In this document: piece by piece, positions 20,295 to 29,586 of the stretch
Numbering within the stretch: position 1 is the first letter of the stretch
Layout: each line of letters opens with the position of its first letter
Source: Caulobacteraceae bacterium
Lineage (GTDB): Bacteria; Pseudomonadota; Alphaproteobacteria; Caulobacterales; Caulobacteraceae
Assembly (NCBI GenBank): GCA_043742805.1
Contig: JAYTXV010000460.1
Span: 1-42,799 of the forward strand
Length of the DNA stretch: 42,799 bases
Direction of reading: 5' to 3'
Position numbers and translations under genes: made by a program
The notes under the pieces: model-generated
What the model saw: the letters and a program-made list of their open reading frames with translations, nothing else
The model's database searches: none
What the model was told of the DNA's origin: nothing

Positions 20295-21349
20295 GCGATG
20301 ACGCACCGGAACCCGAAGTCCTGATCTCGGTCGAGGGCCGCGTAGGGCGCCTGCGGCTCAATCGTCCCAAGGCTCTCGGCGCCCTGACCGGAAACATGGT
20401 CGCCCTGATGACGGGCGCTCTGCTCGCCTGGCGCGATGATGCTGCGGTCCACACCATCCTGATCGATCACGCCGGCGAGCGCGGGTTTTGCGCCGGCGGC
20501 GACATCCGCTTTCTGGCCGACAGCGCCAAGGTCGGCGGGGAGGGCGCGCGGCGGTTCTTCTATACCGAATACCAGCTCAACCACCTGCTGATGGTCTATC
20601 CCAAGACCGTGGTGGCGGTCATGGACGGCATCACCATGGGCGGAGGGGTCGGCATCGCCTTGCCGGCCCGCTATCGGATCGCCACCGAGCGCACCACGTT
20701 CGCCATGCCCGAGACTGGCATCGGCCTGTTTCCCGATGTCGGCGGCGGCTGGCACCTGTCGCGGCTCCATGGCGCTGTCGGGGTGTGGCTGGCGTTGACC
20801 GGCGCACGGCTCAAAGCGGCGGGCTGCGAGATCCTGGGCATCGCCACCGACGTCATCCCCACCGATCGGCTGGCGGATTTCAAGGCGCGGCTGATTGCCG
20901 ATCCTTCCGCCATCGAGACCATCCTCACCGTAATAAAGTCCGATCCCGGCCGCTCGGAAATGATCGAACATCATGACGCTATCGACACCCTGTTCGGCGG
21001 CCCCACGGTCGAGTCGATCTTCGAAGCCCTGTCCGCCGATGAATCCGAGTGGGCGACGGCCCAGCTGGCCACCCTGAAAACCAAGTCACCTCTCAGCATG
21101 AAGGTCGCCCTGCGGCAGCTCCAGCTGGGGCGCACGATGACCGACTTCGCTGAAAACATGGCCATGGAAATGCGCATCGGCGCCCGAGTGGTGATGAGCC
21201 ACGACTTTACCGAGGGCGTGCGGGCGGTAATCGTCGATAAGGACAACAAGCCCCGGTGGGACCCCGCGACCCTGGAGGGCGTCAGCGACGCCATGCTCGA
21301 CGCCGTCTTTGCCCCGCTTCCCATCGACCAGGAATGGAAACCCTTATGA
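20291..21349 (+). CDS. 3-hydroxyisobutyryl-CoA hydrolase-like crotonase-fold protein
   Basis: [42 protein letters not shown]...DKDNKPRW. Confidence 0.92.
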   Translation: MSDDAPEPEVLISVEGRVGRLRLNRPKALGALTGNMVALMTGALLAWRDDAAVHTILIDHAGERGFCAGGDIRFLADSAKVGGEGARRFFYTEYQLNHLLMVYPKTVVAVMDGITMGGGVGIALPARYRIATERTTFAMPETGIGLFPDVGGGWHLSRLHGAVGVWLALTGARLKAAGCEILGIATDVIPTDRLADFKARLIADPSAIETILTVIKSDPGRSEMIEHHDAIDTLFGGPTVESIFEALSADESEWATAQLATLKTKSPLSMKVALRQLQLGRTMTDFAENMAMEMRIGARVVMSHDFTEGVRAVIVDKDNKPRWDPATLEGVSDAMLDAVFAPLPIDQEWKPL

Positions 21350-22119
21350 ATTATGAAACGATCCTCGTCGAACAGCGGGGCGCGGTGACTTTGATCACCC
21401 TCAACCGACCCCAGGCGCTGAACGCCCTGAACACCGCGGTGCTGGCCGACCTGCTGGATGCCTTCGCCAAATATGACGCCGATTCCGTCCAGAGATGCGC
21501 GGTGATCCGTGGCTCCGACCGGGCCTTCGCCGCCGGCGCAGACATCAAGGAGATGTCCGAACAGTCGTTCGCCGATATGTATGGCGCCAATTTCTTCGCC
21601 GGCTACGCGAAGCTCACCGCGACCCGCAAGCCGTGGATCGCGGCGGTGTCGGGCTTCGCCCTGGGCGGCGGCTGCGAACTGGCCATGATGGCCGATTTCA
21701 TCATCGCCGCCGACAACGCCAAGTTCGGTCAGCCCGAGATCAAGCTGGCGGTCACCCCCGGCATGGGCGGTTCCCAGCGGCTGACCCGGGCGATCGGCAA
21801 GGCCAAGGCGATGGAAATGTGCCTGACCGGCCGCAACATGGACGCGCGGGAAGCCGAAGCCTCGGGCCTGGTCGCCCGCGTCGTTCCCCTGGCCGATCTC
21901 GAGGCCGAGGCGATGAAGACCGCCGAGGCCATCGCCGGCATGGCGCCCCTGGCGGTGATGGCCTGCAAGGAGATGGTCAACGCCGCCTTCGAGACCATGC
22001 TCGAACAGGGCGTCAACTTCGAGCGCCGCCTGTTCCACGGCCTGTTCGGCAGCGCCGACCAGAAGGAAGGCATGGCAGCGTTTATCGGAAAGCGGCCAGG
22101 GGTGTTCACGGGACGATAG
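21346..22119 (+). CDS. Enoyl-CoA hydratase
   Basis: ATGA overlap with the previous gene. [36 protein letters not shown]. Confidence 0.94.
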   Translation: MNYETILVEQRGAVTLITLNRPQALNALNTAVLADLLDAFAKYDADSVQRCAVIRGSDRAFAAGADIKEMSEQSFADMYGANFFAGYAKLTATRKPWIAAVSGFALGGGCELAMMADFIIAADNAKFGQPEIKLAVTPGMGGSQRLTRAIGKAKAMEMCLTGRNMDAREAEASGLVARVVPLADLEAEAMKTAEAIAGMAPLAVMACKEMVNAAFETMLEQGVNFERRLFHGLFGSADQKEGMAAFIGKRPGVFTGR

Positions 22120-22204
22120 AGCCCTTCATTCAAGCCGGCTGGTGGCGTCGCGTATCCAAAGCGAAACGCTCCCGGTGTTTCGGGACATAGGCGCCCACCG
22201 CGTT

Positions 22205-22345
22205 CACCGGCGTGATCGACATCTCGGATTTGGCGAAGCCTCCAGCCGTCAGGGCGGCCCTTCAGAGCGCCGCGACCTCGGCGGTCCGGTCGCCGGGGCC
22301 ACGGACCGAACGAAGCGCGATGGCCTTCTCGGCCGGGTTACGCGC
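22205..22345 (-). pseudogene. N-terminal remnant of an M20/M25/M40 metallo-hydrolase
   Basis: Minus strand reads EKAIALRSVRGPGDRTAEVAAL*RAALTAGGFAKSEMSITPV, with an in-frame TGA at 22264..22262. Resembles the first helices of Caulobacter-type M20 peptidases. Confidence 0.55.
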
Positions 22346-22385
22346 ATCGCTCGGTCTCCAGGCCCGGCGCCCCTGGCGAATGGGC

Positions 22386-23720
22386 TCAGCTGCGGATCTG
22401 ACCCTTGCGGTAGTCGACATCGTCCCAGGTGATCGCTGAAAGCTCCTCCTTGCGCGGGCCGATATAGCCGAACAGGAAGGCCGCCACTTTGCGCATCTGG
22501 ATCTCCTCCGATCCCTCGGTGATCCGATAGCGGCGGTGATGGCGATAGATGTGTTCGAATGACTTGTGCCGCGAATAGCCGATGCCGCCGTGAATCTGCA
22601 TCGCCCGGTCGGCCGCCTCGCAGCACAGGCGGTTGCCCCAGTAGTTGCACATCGACACCTTGTCGGAGATCTGCCGCTCGACTTCCTTGTGCTCCATATT
22701 GTCCATCTGCCAGGCGGTCTTGCGGATCAGCAGGCGCAGCATCTCGGCCTGGGTGGACAGCTCGACCAGCGGCCATTGGATGGCCTGGTTGCGCGACAGT
22801 TCCTCGCCGAACGGCTTGCGCGCCCGGGCGTACCTAACGCTCTCCTCGATGCAATAGACCGCCGCCCCCAGCGACGAGGCAGCCTGCCGGATGCGGTTCT
22901 GGTGCACGAAGCTCTGACCCAGGCCCAGGCCCCGGCCCTCGACGCCCCAGATCGCGTCGTCTGGAACCCAGACGTTGGTGAACGACACCCGCGGGTGGTC
23001 GGTCGGCATGTTGAATGTCCACAGATATTCTTCGATCTTGAAGCCGGGCGAGGTCACCGGCACCAGGAAGACGGTGATCCCCAGGGCGTCGCCGTCCTTG
23101 CCGCCGGTGCGGGCGAAACACATCACGTAGTTGGCCACATGCATGCCGGTGGTCCACATCTTCTCGCCGTTGATCAGCCAGCCGTCGACCCCGTCGCGCG
23201 TCTCTTTCACCGCCCTGGTCTCCATCCAGGTGGCGTCCGAGCCGTGGTTGGGTTCGGTCAGGCCAAAGCCGGTGCGGATTTTGCCGGCCAGCAGATCGGC
23301 GCCATATTTGTCGTGCTGGGCGTTGGTGGCGAACTCCTTGAACATCAGGATGAAGGGGTTGTTGCCGACGATTGAGTGCTCGGTCTGCAGGTCGTTGTGC
23401 AGGCCCAGGCCCTTGGCCGCGAGGTGCTCGCGGATCACCGCCATTGCCAGATTGGATCCGCCCTTGCCGCCCATCTCAGTGGGCCACGAAAAGCGCAAAT
23501 GGCCACTTTCGTCGGCGATCTGCCGCGCCTTGGCCAGCAATAGCTCCCAATCATGGCGGGGAAGGCCGTTGTTGTCCCAGTCGGTGCGGGCGTGCTCGCG
23601 GCGATGGTCGAAGAAGCGGATGTTGTCGTCCGCATTTTCCAGTGGCTTGATCTTGGCCACAATGAAGGCGTCGAGCTCGGCGAGATAGTCGACGAGATCC
23701 TGGGGCAGGGAAAAGTCCAT
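22386..23720 (-). CDS. Acyl-CoA dehydrogenase family protein
   Basis: FGLTEPNHGSDA, INGEKMWTTG, QIHGGIGY, YRITEGSEE. Confidence 0.93.
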   Translation of the reverse strand: MDFSLPQDLVDYLAELDAFIVAKIKPLENADDNIRFFDHRREHARTDWDNNGLPRHDWELLLAKARQIADESGHLRFSWPTEMGGKGGSNLAMAVIREHLAAKGLGLHNDLQTEHSIVGNNPFILMFKEFATNAQHDKYGADLLAGKIRTGFGLTEPNHGSDATWMETRAVKETRDGVDGWLINGEKMWTTGMHVANYVMCFARTGGKDGDALGITVFLVPVTSPGFKIEEYLWTFNMPTDHPRVSFTNVWVPDDAIWGVEGRGLGLGQSFVHQNRIRQAASSLGAAVYCIEESVRYARARKPFGEELSRNQAIQWPLVELSTQAEMLRLLIRKTAWQMDNMEHKEVERQISDKVSMCNYWGNRLCCEAADRAMQIHGGIGYSRHKSFEHIYRHHRRYRITEGSEEIQMRKVAAFLFGYIGPRKEELSAITWDDVDYRKGQIRS

Positions 23721-23733
23721 GGCGGTTACCTCT

Positions 23734-24138
23734 TCAGGGTTCTTGTTTGGCTTTGGTTCGTTGAGTGCGTTCGTTCAGGGCGGCGCGATAGCCCCAATAG
23801 GTGGGTTGGTCGACGGCCAGCTTGGCCAGGGTCGTCTTCCATAGATGATCGGCGACGCCGGGCACGGTCAGGTCAATCTCTCCAGCGCCAAGCCGCCGAG
23901 CGAATTCCGCGTTCAGCATGGCCAGATCGCCGTCGATCGCCAACAGCGCTTTGAGAGAGATCAACTCGGCTGCCTCGGCGGCCGGCTGGGTGTCCAGCTG
24001 CCGGGTCATCATCTCCAGGGCGTTGGCGGCGACGCGGGCCTGGAACGACAGCCGTCCGGTGGTCTGGGACGCGACCTCGTCTTTTAGGAAAAGGGCGACG
24101 GCGGCGATGATCTCGCTGGGATGGGGATGGTCCTGCAT
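23734..24138 (-). CDS. Small helical protein (DUF6285-like, LvaB-position partner of the phosphotransferase)
   Basis: MQDHPHPSEII..V..FL, ARVAANAL, KLAVDQPTY. Sits between an APH kinase and an ACAD. Confidence 0.8.
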   Translation of the reverse strand: MQDHPHPSEIIAAVALFLKDEVASQTTGRLSFQARVAANALEMMTRQLDTQPAAEAAELISLKALLAIDGDLAMLNAEFARRLGAGEIDLTVPGVADHLWKTTLAKLAVDQPTYWGYRAALNERTQRTKAKQEP

Positions 24139-24141
24139 CGG

Positions 24142-25119
24142 TCAGCCCGCCAGTAGCCGCAGCAGGTCGATCTCGGTCTCGCTGGTGCGCCGTGCGATCA
24201 CCGCCCGCTCCACTACGGGGTCGGTGGTGCGGAAGCTCGTGAACATGCCGCTGCACATCACCCCCCAGCGCAGCGAGCCGAACACCTCCCAGAACAGGGC
24301 GCGGTCGGGATCTACCTTCACCCCGCCCGCGGCCTGATATCCCGCCCATAGATCCTCGCGCAGGCCAAAGCCGCCGACCGGCTTGGCTTCCACGCCAAAG
24401 CGCCAGGAGTTGGCGCAGATCCAGCCCAGGTCCTCCATAGGGTCGGCCACGTGGGCCAGCTCCCAATCCAGCACCGCGCGAAGGCCGTCTTCGCCCACCA
24501 TGATGTTGCCGTTGCGAAAATCGCCGTGCACCAGGCGCGGGCTCTCCGGCGGCGGCGGGCAGCGGTCGAGCAGCCAGCGGAAGGCCAGATCGAACACGGG
24601 CCGGGGCCATTCGGTCGCGCGATAGTCGTCCAGATACTGGGTGACGAACTCCAGCGGGGTCACGCGTTTCAGCGTTGGGAATGCGGCCGGGTCGATACGG
24701 TGGGTCGCCGCGAGGGCCGCGCCGCACTGGCCGGCCAGCACCGTGCGGGCGTTGGCGAATGTTTCGGCCCTGGCGATCCGGCCGCCGAGGGTTTCGCCCT
24801 CGACACAGCTCATCACATAGCCGCGTCCCAGGCCGTCTTCCTCGGTCAGCACCCAGCGGACGATCGGCACTGGTACTCCGGCGGCGTGGGCCGCCTGGAT
24901 CAGCGATGCTTCGATCTCGGGGCCTATGGCGGTTTCGGAAACCCGGGTTCCGCCGGGGGCGCGGCGCAGGATCAGCGGTGTCTCGACGTCGTTTGCGATC
25001 ACATTGAAACGCCAGATTTCCTGGCTCGCGCCGGCTGTGAGACGGGTCAGCCCGCTGATCTTCGTCCCGCCAAGACGGTGGCGAGCCAGTAGGTCCAGGC
25101 TTTCGGCAACCTCGTCCAC
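24142..25119 (-). CDS. APH/choline-kinase-like phosphotransferase (ACAD10/11 N-terminal-like)
   Basis: GASQEIW, LILRR, HGDFRNGN, LDWELAH, DPMEDLGW. Confidence 0.92.
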   Translation of the reverse strand: MDEVAESLDLLARHRLGGTKISGLTRLTAGASQEIWRFNVIANDVETPLILRRAPGGTRVSETAIGPEIEASLIQAAHAAGVPVPIVRWVLTEEDGLGRGYVMSCVEGETLGGRIARAETFANARTVLAGQCGAALAATHRIDPAAFPTLKRVTPLEFVTQYLDDYRATEWPRPVFDLAFRWLLDRCPPPPESPRLVHGDFRNGNIMVGEDGLRAVLDWELAHVADPMEDLGWICANSWRFGVEAKPVGGFGLREDLWAGYQAAGGVKVDPDRALFWEVFGSLRWGVMCSGMFTSFRTTDPVVERAVIARRTSETEIDLLRLLAG

Positions 25120-25228
25120 CCGTGTCCTATCTCTCGGTCAGTGGTTTACTCAAGCGCTCGGCTCCGCCGAACACCGTTGGACTCTAGCGTAGGCGATGCG
25201 GCGTTAAAACGGTCACCCAGCGGAAGGT

Positions 25229-26389
25229 CTAGCCGGCCATCGCCGAGTCGAGGCGCGCCCACATCGGCGTGCAATCAACCATCGTTCCGGTGGCGGCGGC
25301 TTCGTCGATGGCCATCACCGTCAATCCCGCCTCCAGTGAGTCGCGCGGCGTCACTGGAAAAACCTTGTCACCCTCCAACGCCGCCAGAAGATCGACCGCC
25401 ATCGCCTGATCGGCGCCGTTGTGGTTGTCGGCGGTGCGCGTGGCGTAGTCGATCCGCTCGGGCTTGCGCCGATCCAAGGCTGGCCGGATCATCAGCTTGT
25501 TGCGAACCAGATCTGCCAGCATCGTCCCGTTGGTCCCGGCGACGTACCAGCGCCGCTCCTGGAGTGAGACATGACTGTTGGAATGGAACGATAGCGCCAC
25601 GCCGTTTTCGTAGCGGACGATCGCCACCTGATGGTCGTCCACATCCATGTCTGAGTGGAACGCGTCGTTGGCTCCCATCCAGCCGGCGTCGCGCAGGGCA
25701 TAGGCGGCCGAGCCGTCCTCATAGGTCATGGGGACGTCGATCCGATCCAGCCTGAAGATGCGCTTCCCCCCGAAACTGGACACCAGCGCCGGTCGCGACC
25801 CGGCGATGCGCCCGAAGATATCGAAATCGTGGCAAACCTTATCCAGCATGAACGATCCGCCCCAGTCCTGGCGCCGTCGCCAGTTGCGGGCCAGATAGGC
25901 GCCGTGTTCCGGGGGCAGGTGCTCTGTGGCGTCCATGGAAATCAGTTCGCCCAGTTCGCCTGAGTCGGCGCGGGCGATGACCTCCCGCACGATCGGCATG
26001 GAGCGCATCACCAGCCCGATGAACAGGGGAGGCGCCGCCCGACCGGCGAGGGTGGCGGCGATGGCGTAGGTCTCCTCCGGCGTACGCACGATCGGCTTTT
26101 CGGCGAATATCGGATAGCCGGCGGCGAAGGCGGCGTTCAGGTGCGCGAAATGCAGGTGATTGGGCGAACCGATCATCACCAGGTCGAACGGCCCGTCGGT
26201 CAGCAGTTCGCCCTCGTCGCGATAGGCGCGGCCCGGACCTATCCCCGCTTCGGCCAGGATGGGCAGGCCGACCGGCGAGGGGTCGGCGTGGCCAGCCAAT
26301 TCCAGCATCCAGCCTACTTCTTTCATGGCCGCCAGAACGTGGGCGATGCGCTGGCCAAGGCCGATAACGCCGATCCGATAGTGCTTCAT
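25229..26389 (-). CDS. Gfo/Idh/MocA family oxidoreductase
   Basis: IGVIGLGQR, SPNHLH, FAEKP, DKVCHDFD. Confidence 0.92.
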   Translation of the reverse strand: MKHYRIGVIGLGQRIAHVLAAMKEVGWMLELAGHADPSPVGLPILAEAGIGPGRAYRDEGELLTDGPFDLVMIGSPNHLHFAHLNAAFAAGYPIFAEKPIVRTPEETYAIAATLAGRAAPPLFIGLVMRSMPIVREVIARADSGELGELISMDATEHLPPEHGAYLARNWRRRQDWGGSFMLDKVCHDFDIFGRIAGSRPALVSSFGGKRIFRLDRIDVPMTYEDGSAAYALRDAGWMGANDAFHSDMDVDDHQVAIVRYENGVALSFHSNSHVSLQERRWYVAGTNGTMLADLVRNKLMIRPALDRRKPERIDYATRTADNHNGADQAMAVDLLAALEGDKVFPVTPRDSLEAGLTVMAIDEAAATGTMVDCTPMWARLDSAMAG

Positions 26390-26580
26390 GGCCGTTCGAG
26401 CCTTCTTGGGAAATCTGCGCCGTCGGCGAAGGTTCTAACCCATTTTCACGCCGCCGAAGAGTTGTCGGCCCAGGCCGTCTTCGATGGACTCTCCCGCGCC
26501 GCGCCTATAAATCCTTCAGTAAGGCCCGAGCCGTTAGGCTTGGCTTTTGGACGGAATTTCTGGAACCGGACGATCAGGCC

Positions 26581-27486
26581 TTGCAACAGATTCCACAGAC
26601 TCCGACGCCGATGGTCAGCGTTATCGTCCCGCACTACAGCGATCTAGCGGGCCTCGATCGCTGCCTTGATGCGCTCGAAGCGCAGACCTATCCCAAGGAA
26701 TGTTTCGAGATCGTCGTGGGAGACAACAATTCCCCCGAGGGCGCCGAAGCCGTGGCCCGGGTCGTGGCGGGGCGGGCGCGGCTGGCGATAGTGATGGAGA
26801 AAGGCGCGGGACCGGCGCGAAACGGCGCTTTGGCCCTGGCCCGCTTCGAGACTCTGGCCTTCACCGATTCCGATTGCGTTCCCCATCCGCAGTGGCTGGA
26901 ACACGGTGTCAGCGCGTTAGGGGAGCTCGATCTGGTCGGTGGGCGGATGACCGTGTTCCCGGTCGACACCGCCAACCCCAATCCGGTCGAGTCGTTCGAA
27001 CTGGTCTTCAGATTCGACAACGAAGACTATATCCGCCGGACGAATTTTACTGTGACGGCGAACCTGTTCACCCGACGGGGCATCTTCGACCAGGTGGGTG
27101 GTTTCCTGGCCACGGGTGTTTCCGAAGACGTCGAATGGTGCCACCGCGCGACGGCCGCCGGCTATCGGCTCGGCTACAAAGGCGACGTCATCGTTCGGCA
27201 CCCAGCGAGGCCGGACTGGCCCGCCCTGTGCAAGATGACGCGCCGCATGGACATGGAGATGTTCAAGCTGAGGGTGACGTCCGATGTGGCGCGGATCCGA
27301 TGGATACTTCGTGTCCTGTTTTATCCCTTATCGGCGGTCGCCCACACGCCCAAGGTTCTTTGGTCGCCCAATATCAGGGGCCCAGGGCAACGGTTAGGCG
27401 CCTTGGCCGTGCTTTATCGCATCCGACTGCTGCGCAGCGTGATTGGCTTCAACCTATTGGTCTCCGGCGTTCCGGGAACGGCTTAG
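26581..27486 (+). CDS. Glycosyltransferase family 2 (alternative start 26611)
   Basis: VSVIVPHY, IVVGDNNS, GPARNGA, FTDSDC (DxD), GGF...EDVEW. Confidence 0.9.
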   Translation: MQQIPQTPTPMVSVIVPHYSDLAGLDRCLDALEAQTYPKECFEIVVGDNNSPEGAEAVARVVAGRARLAIVMEKGAGPARNGALALARFETLAFTDSDCVPHPQWLEHGVSALGELDLVGGRMTVFPVDTANPNPVESFELVFRFDNEDYIRRTNFTVTANLFTRRGIFDQVGGFLATGVSEDVEWCHRATAAGYRLGYKGDVIVRHPARPDWPALCKMTRRMDMEMFKLRVTSDVARIRWILRVLFYPLSAVAHTPKVLWSPNIRGPGQRLGALAVLYRIRLLRSVIGFNLLVSGVPGTA

Positions 27487-27521
27487 AGCCTAAAATCCGG
27501 CTCCAAAACTTTGAACCCGAC

Positions 27522-28604
27522 TCATGCCACCATCGAGTTCGGAACTTCCGTGGAAGAGGCTTTCGGCGCGGCGAGATCGGCGCGATTTTCCCGCATGATA
27601 CGTTCCACTACAGGCGCCAGCGCCCGCGCCATGGCCTGATGGCCAAGCGCCGAAAGGTGCAGGTCGTGCTTGAAACGAAACTTGCGCCGCTGTTCGGGCG
27701 AATAGGCCCAAAGATCGGGGATTGCGTCATACAGATGACAGCCTGTGTCCGCCGCCAATTCGCGGAACCGCGCCTGATAGTTGGATGGATCGCTGGTCCC
27801 CTCGATGTCCGTCCACATTGGTATAGGAGCCAGCAGGACGGGCGTCGGACTTTGGCGGATCCAGTTTTCCAGGATTTTGCGCAGGAGTAGCCACCCCGGG
27901 TTGTCCGGTGAATCGTAGTCCGGAACCGGCTGGGTCTTGGTGATCTTCTGCATCAGGTCCCGAATTCCTAGGGTCTTCAGCACGGTGCGGACGCCTTCGT
28001 TCTGCACGACTGGACGAAGCGCCGCTGGTACATTGGAAATCTGCGCACCCCAATCCACATGGGGCGCATCCTCCAGGGCCATCGTGTCTTTTGTCAGCGG
28101 TCGTTTGGGCACGGGAATGTGGTGAAGCGTCAGTTCGCCGTTTTCAATTTGATAATAAGGCTTAGCGTAAAATACTTCCTGGCCGGCAGCATCACGAAAC
28201 CTCAGGAATCTGTAATTGACCCGCCGAACGTTTTCGGCATAAGGGCTGATGATCAGCAAATCATGCTCGACATCGCCGAATTCTCGGTAAGTGAGATACT
28301 GCTGGTCTGTTCCCGTTCCCGTCAAGGAGTAGTTAAATACTTCGAGGCCGGGCGCCAGGGTCTCCAGAATGTCGCTGAAGCGTTCGCCGTTCGAGACCCC
28401 GTCACCGGCCGTCTGGGAATCTCCGAACAAGACCGCGCGATACACACCCGGCGAGCGTTCCCGCGTGAACTCTCGATCAGAGCGAAACCCGGCCGCGTTG
28501 GTCTGTACACGGTAGCCGCCGTTTTCGAACGGAACCCTCGACTTGACGCTCGGCATGTAGGTGTAACCGATGCGTGGATGATAGCTCCACAGAGAGTGCC
28601 ACAT
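27522..28604 (-). CDS. SGNH/GDSL-fold protein (360 aa) with no export signal
   Basis: Block I FGDSQTAG, block II NYSLTGTGTDQ, block III PYAEN, block V DLH. ATG 28604 follows the stop of the upstream gene and GAGGCGGG. Confidence 0.85.
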   Translation of the reverse strand: MWHSLWSYHPRIGYTYMPSVKSRVPFENGGYRVQTNAAGFRSDREFTRERSPGVYRAVLFGDSQTAGDGVSNGERFSDILETLAPGLEVFNYSLTGTGTDQQYLTYREFGDVEHDLLIISPYAENVRRVNYRFLRFRDAAGQEVFYAKPYYQIENGELTLHHIPVPKRPLTKDTMALEDAPHVDWGAQISNVPAALRPVVQNEGVRTVLKTLGIRDLMQKITKTQPVPDYDSPDNPGWLLLRKILENWIRQSPTPVLLAPIPMWTDIEGTSDPSNYQARFRELAADTGCHLYDAIPDLWAYSPEQRRKFRFKHDLHLSALGHQAMARALAPVVERIMRENRADLAAPKASSTEVPNSMVA

Positions 28605-28617
28605 AGCGCGCCCGCCT

Positions 28618-29163
28618 CTATATCTTACTGTATCGTCTGGCCATACGTTCGCGGCGTTCCACGACAAGTTCATATTGGTCGCGTGGCCAGTCCTTGTAAT
28701 AAGCCGTGCGCTGCAGCGCTTCGGCGCCTGACAAAACGGCCGCAAGTCGATTGGCGACCACAATGAAATACGGGTCCTTGCCAGGCGGACCCGGGTAGCG
28801 GCTTGTTCTGGTCTTGGTGACGCCGGTGTTGAGGAATACGCCGTCCGCGATCAGTTCGGCATTGAGCGTGTCTACAAAATCGCTGATGCCCCACTGTAGT
28901 TGAATGCGTGGCGGAAACGCCATCACACGTGTCGACAGCGATGGGGTGTCCCGCAGTTCGACGGATTTTTCGCGGATGTAGGCGCGCACGTCGCCTTTCA
29001 AATAGACCGTTACGTCTACCTGGTCGGCGAGAATGGCGGAGCGCGCATAGGGGCAGGGCGCGAATTTTCCATTGTAGAATGGATTTTTAACGGTCACGAA
29101 CTCTTTTAGCCAAGCCCAGATGTCCTCACCGACGGCACTGTCAATCGAAGCTGTATCACTCAT
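28618..29163 (-). CDS. Hypothetical protein (181 aa) with a W..EF...N......PCPYA motif, loosely DUF1415-like
   Basis: GAGGGG RBS. Tightly packed in the operon (30 nt after the upstream stop, 13 nt before the downstream start). Confidence 0.75.
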   Translation of the reverse strand: MSDTASIDSAVGEDIWAWLKEFVTVKNPFYNGKFAPCPYARSAILADQVDVTVYLKGDVRAYIREKSVELRDTPSLSTRVMAFPPRIQLQWGISDFVDTLNAELIADGVFLNTGVTKTRTSRYPGPPGKDPYFIVVANRLAAVLSGAEALQRTAYYKDWPRDQYELVVERRERMARRYSKI

Positions 29164-29193
29164 GAGTCAGACGCCCCCTCACGCAAATTATGT

Positions 29194-29586
29194 TTAGAAC
29201 ATCGTGTAGCAGAGTATATCGACGTTGCCGTCGCTCACGTCAGCTTCATCTCTTAGCGCCCGTGCGATTTCGTGCAATCGCGGAGTCATGGCCGCCACGT
29301 GAATTTCACCCTGGCTTCTCCAGTATTTCGCCAGCGCCTCGATCAGCCCCTCCGGGTCGCCGCCGCCTGGGAACTCGAAGTCGGCGGGCCGCATCACCGC
29401 CAGGGTGGGCGGCTCGAAATAGCTCGTGACGCCGACCTCGCCCGCGCGGGCAAAAAAGGCGGGGCGTTCGGCAGACCGCCTTGCGTTCGCCAGGGGCGCC
29501 AACATTTCATCGAACACCGCCAAGGCGAGGGTGTCGGCGGAAGTTTCCGTGATCGATTCCGGATTGATCGTCTCAGTCGAGCTCAT
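29194..29586 (-). CDS. Hypothetical protein (130 aa) ending in the LCYTMF Tyr-shuttle-like motif
   Basis: GGAGGAG RBS. ATG overlaps the carbamoyltransferase 3' end by 14 nt. C-terminus is DGNVDILCYTMF*. Confidence 0.8.
   Translation of the reverse strand: MSSTETINPESITETSADTLALAVFDEMLAPLANARRSAERPAFFARAGEVGVTSYFEPPTLAVMRPADFEFPGGGDPEGLIEALAKYWRSQGEIHVAAMTPRLHEIARALRDEADVSDGNVDILCYTMF

Noticed and set aside
28605-28763. 53-aa N-terminal extension of the SGNH protein
   Set aside because: It overlaps the upstream 181-aa gene and is not a signal peptide. ATG 28604 has a suitable RBS and spacing.
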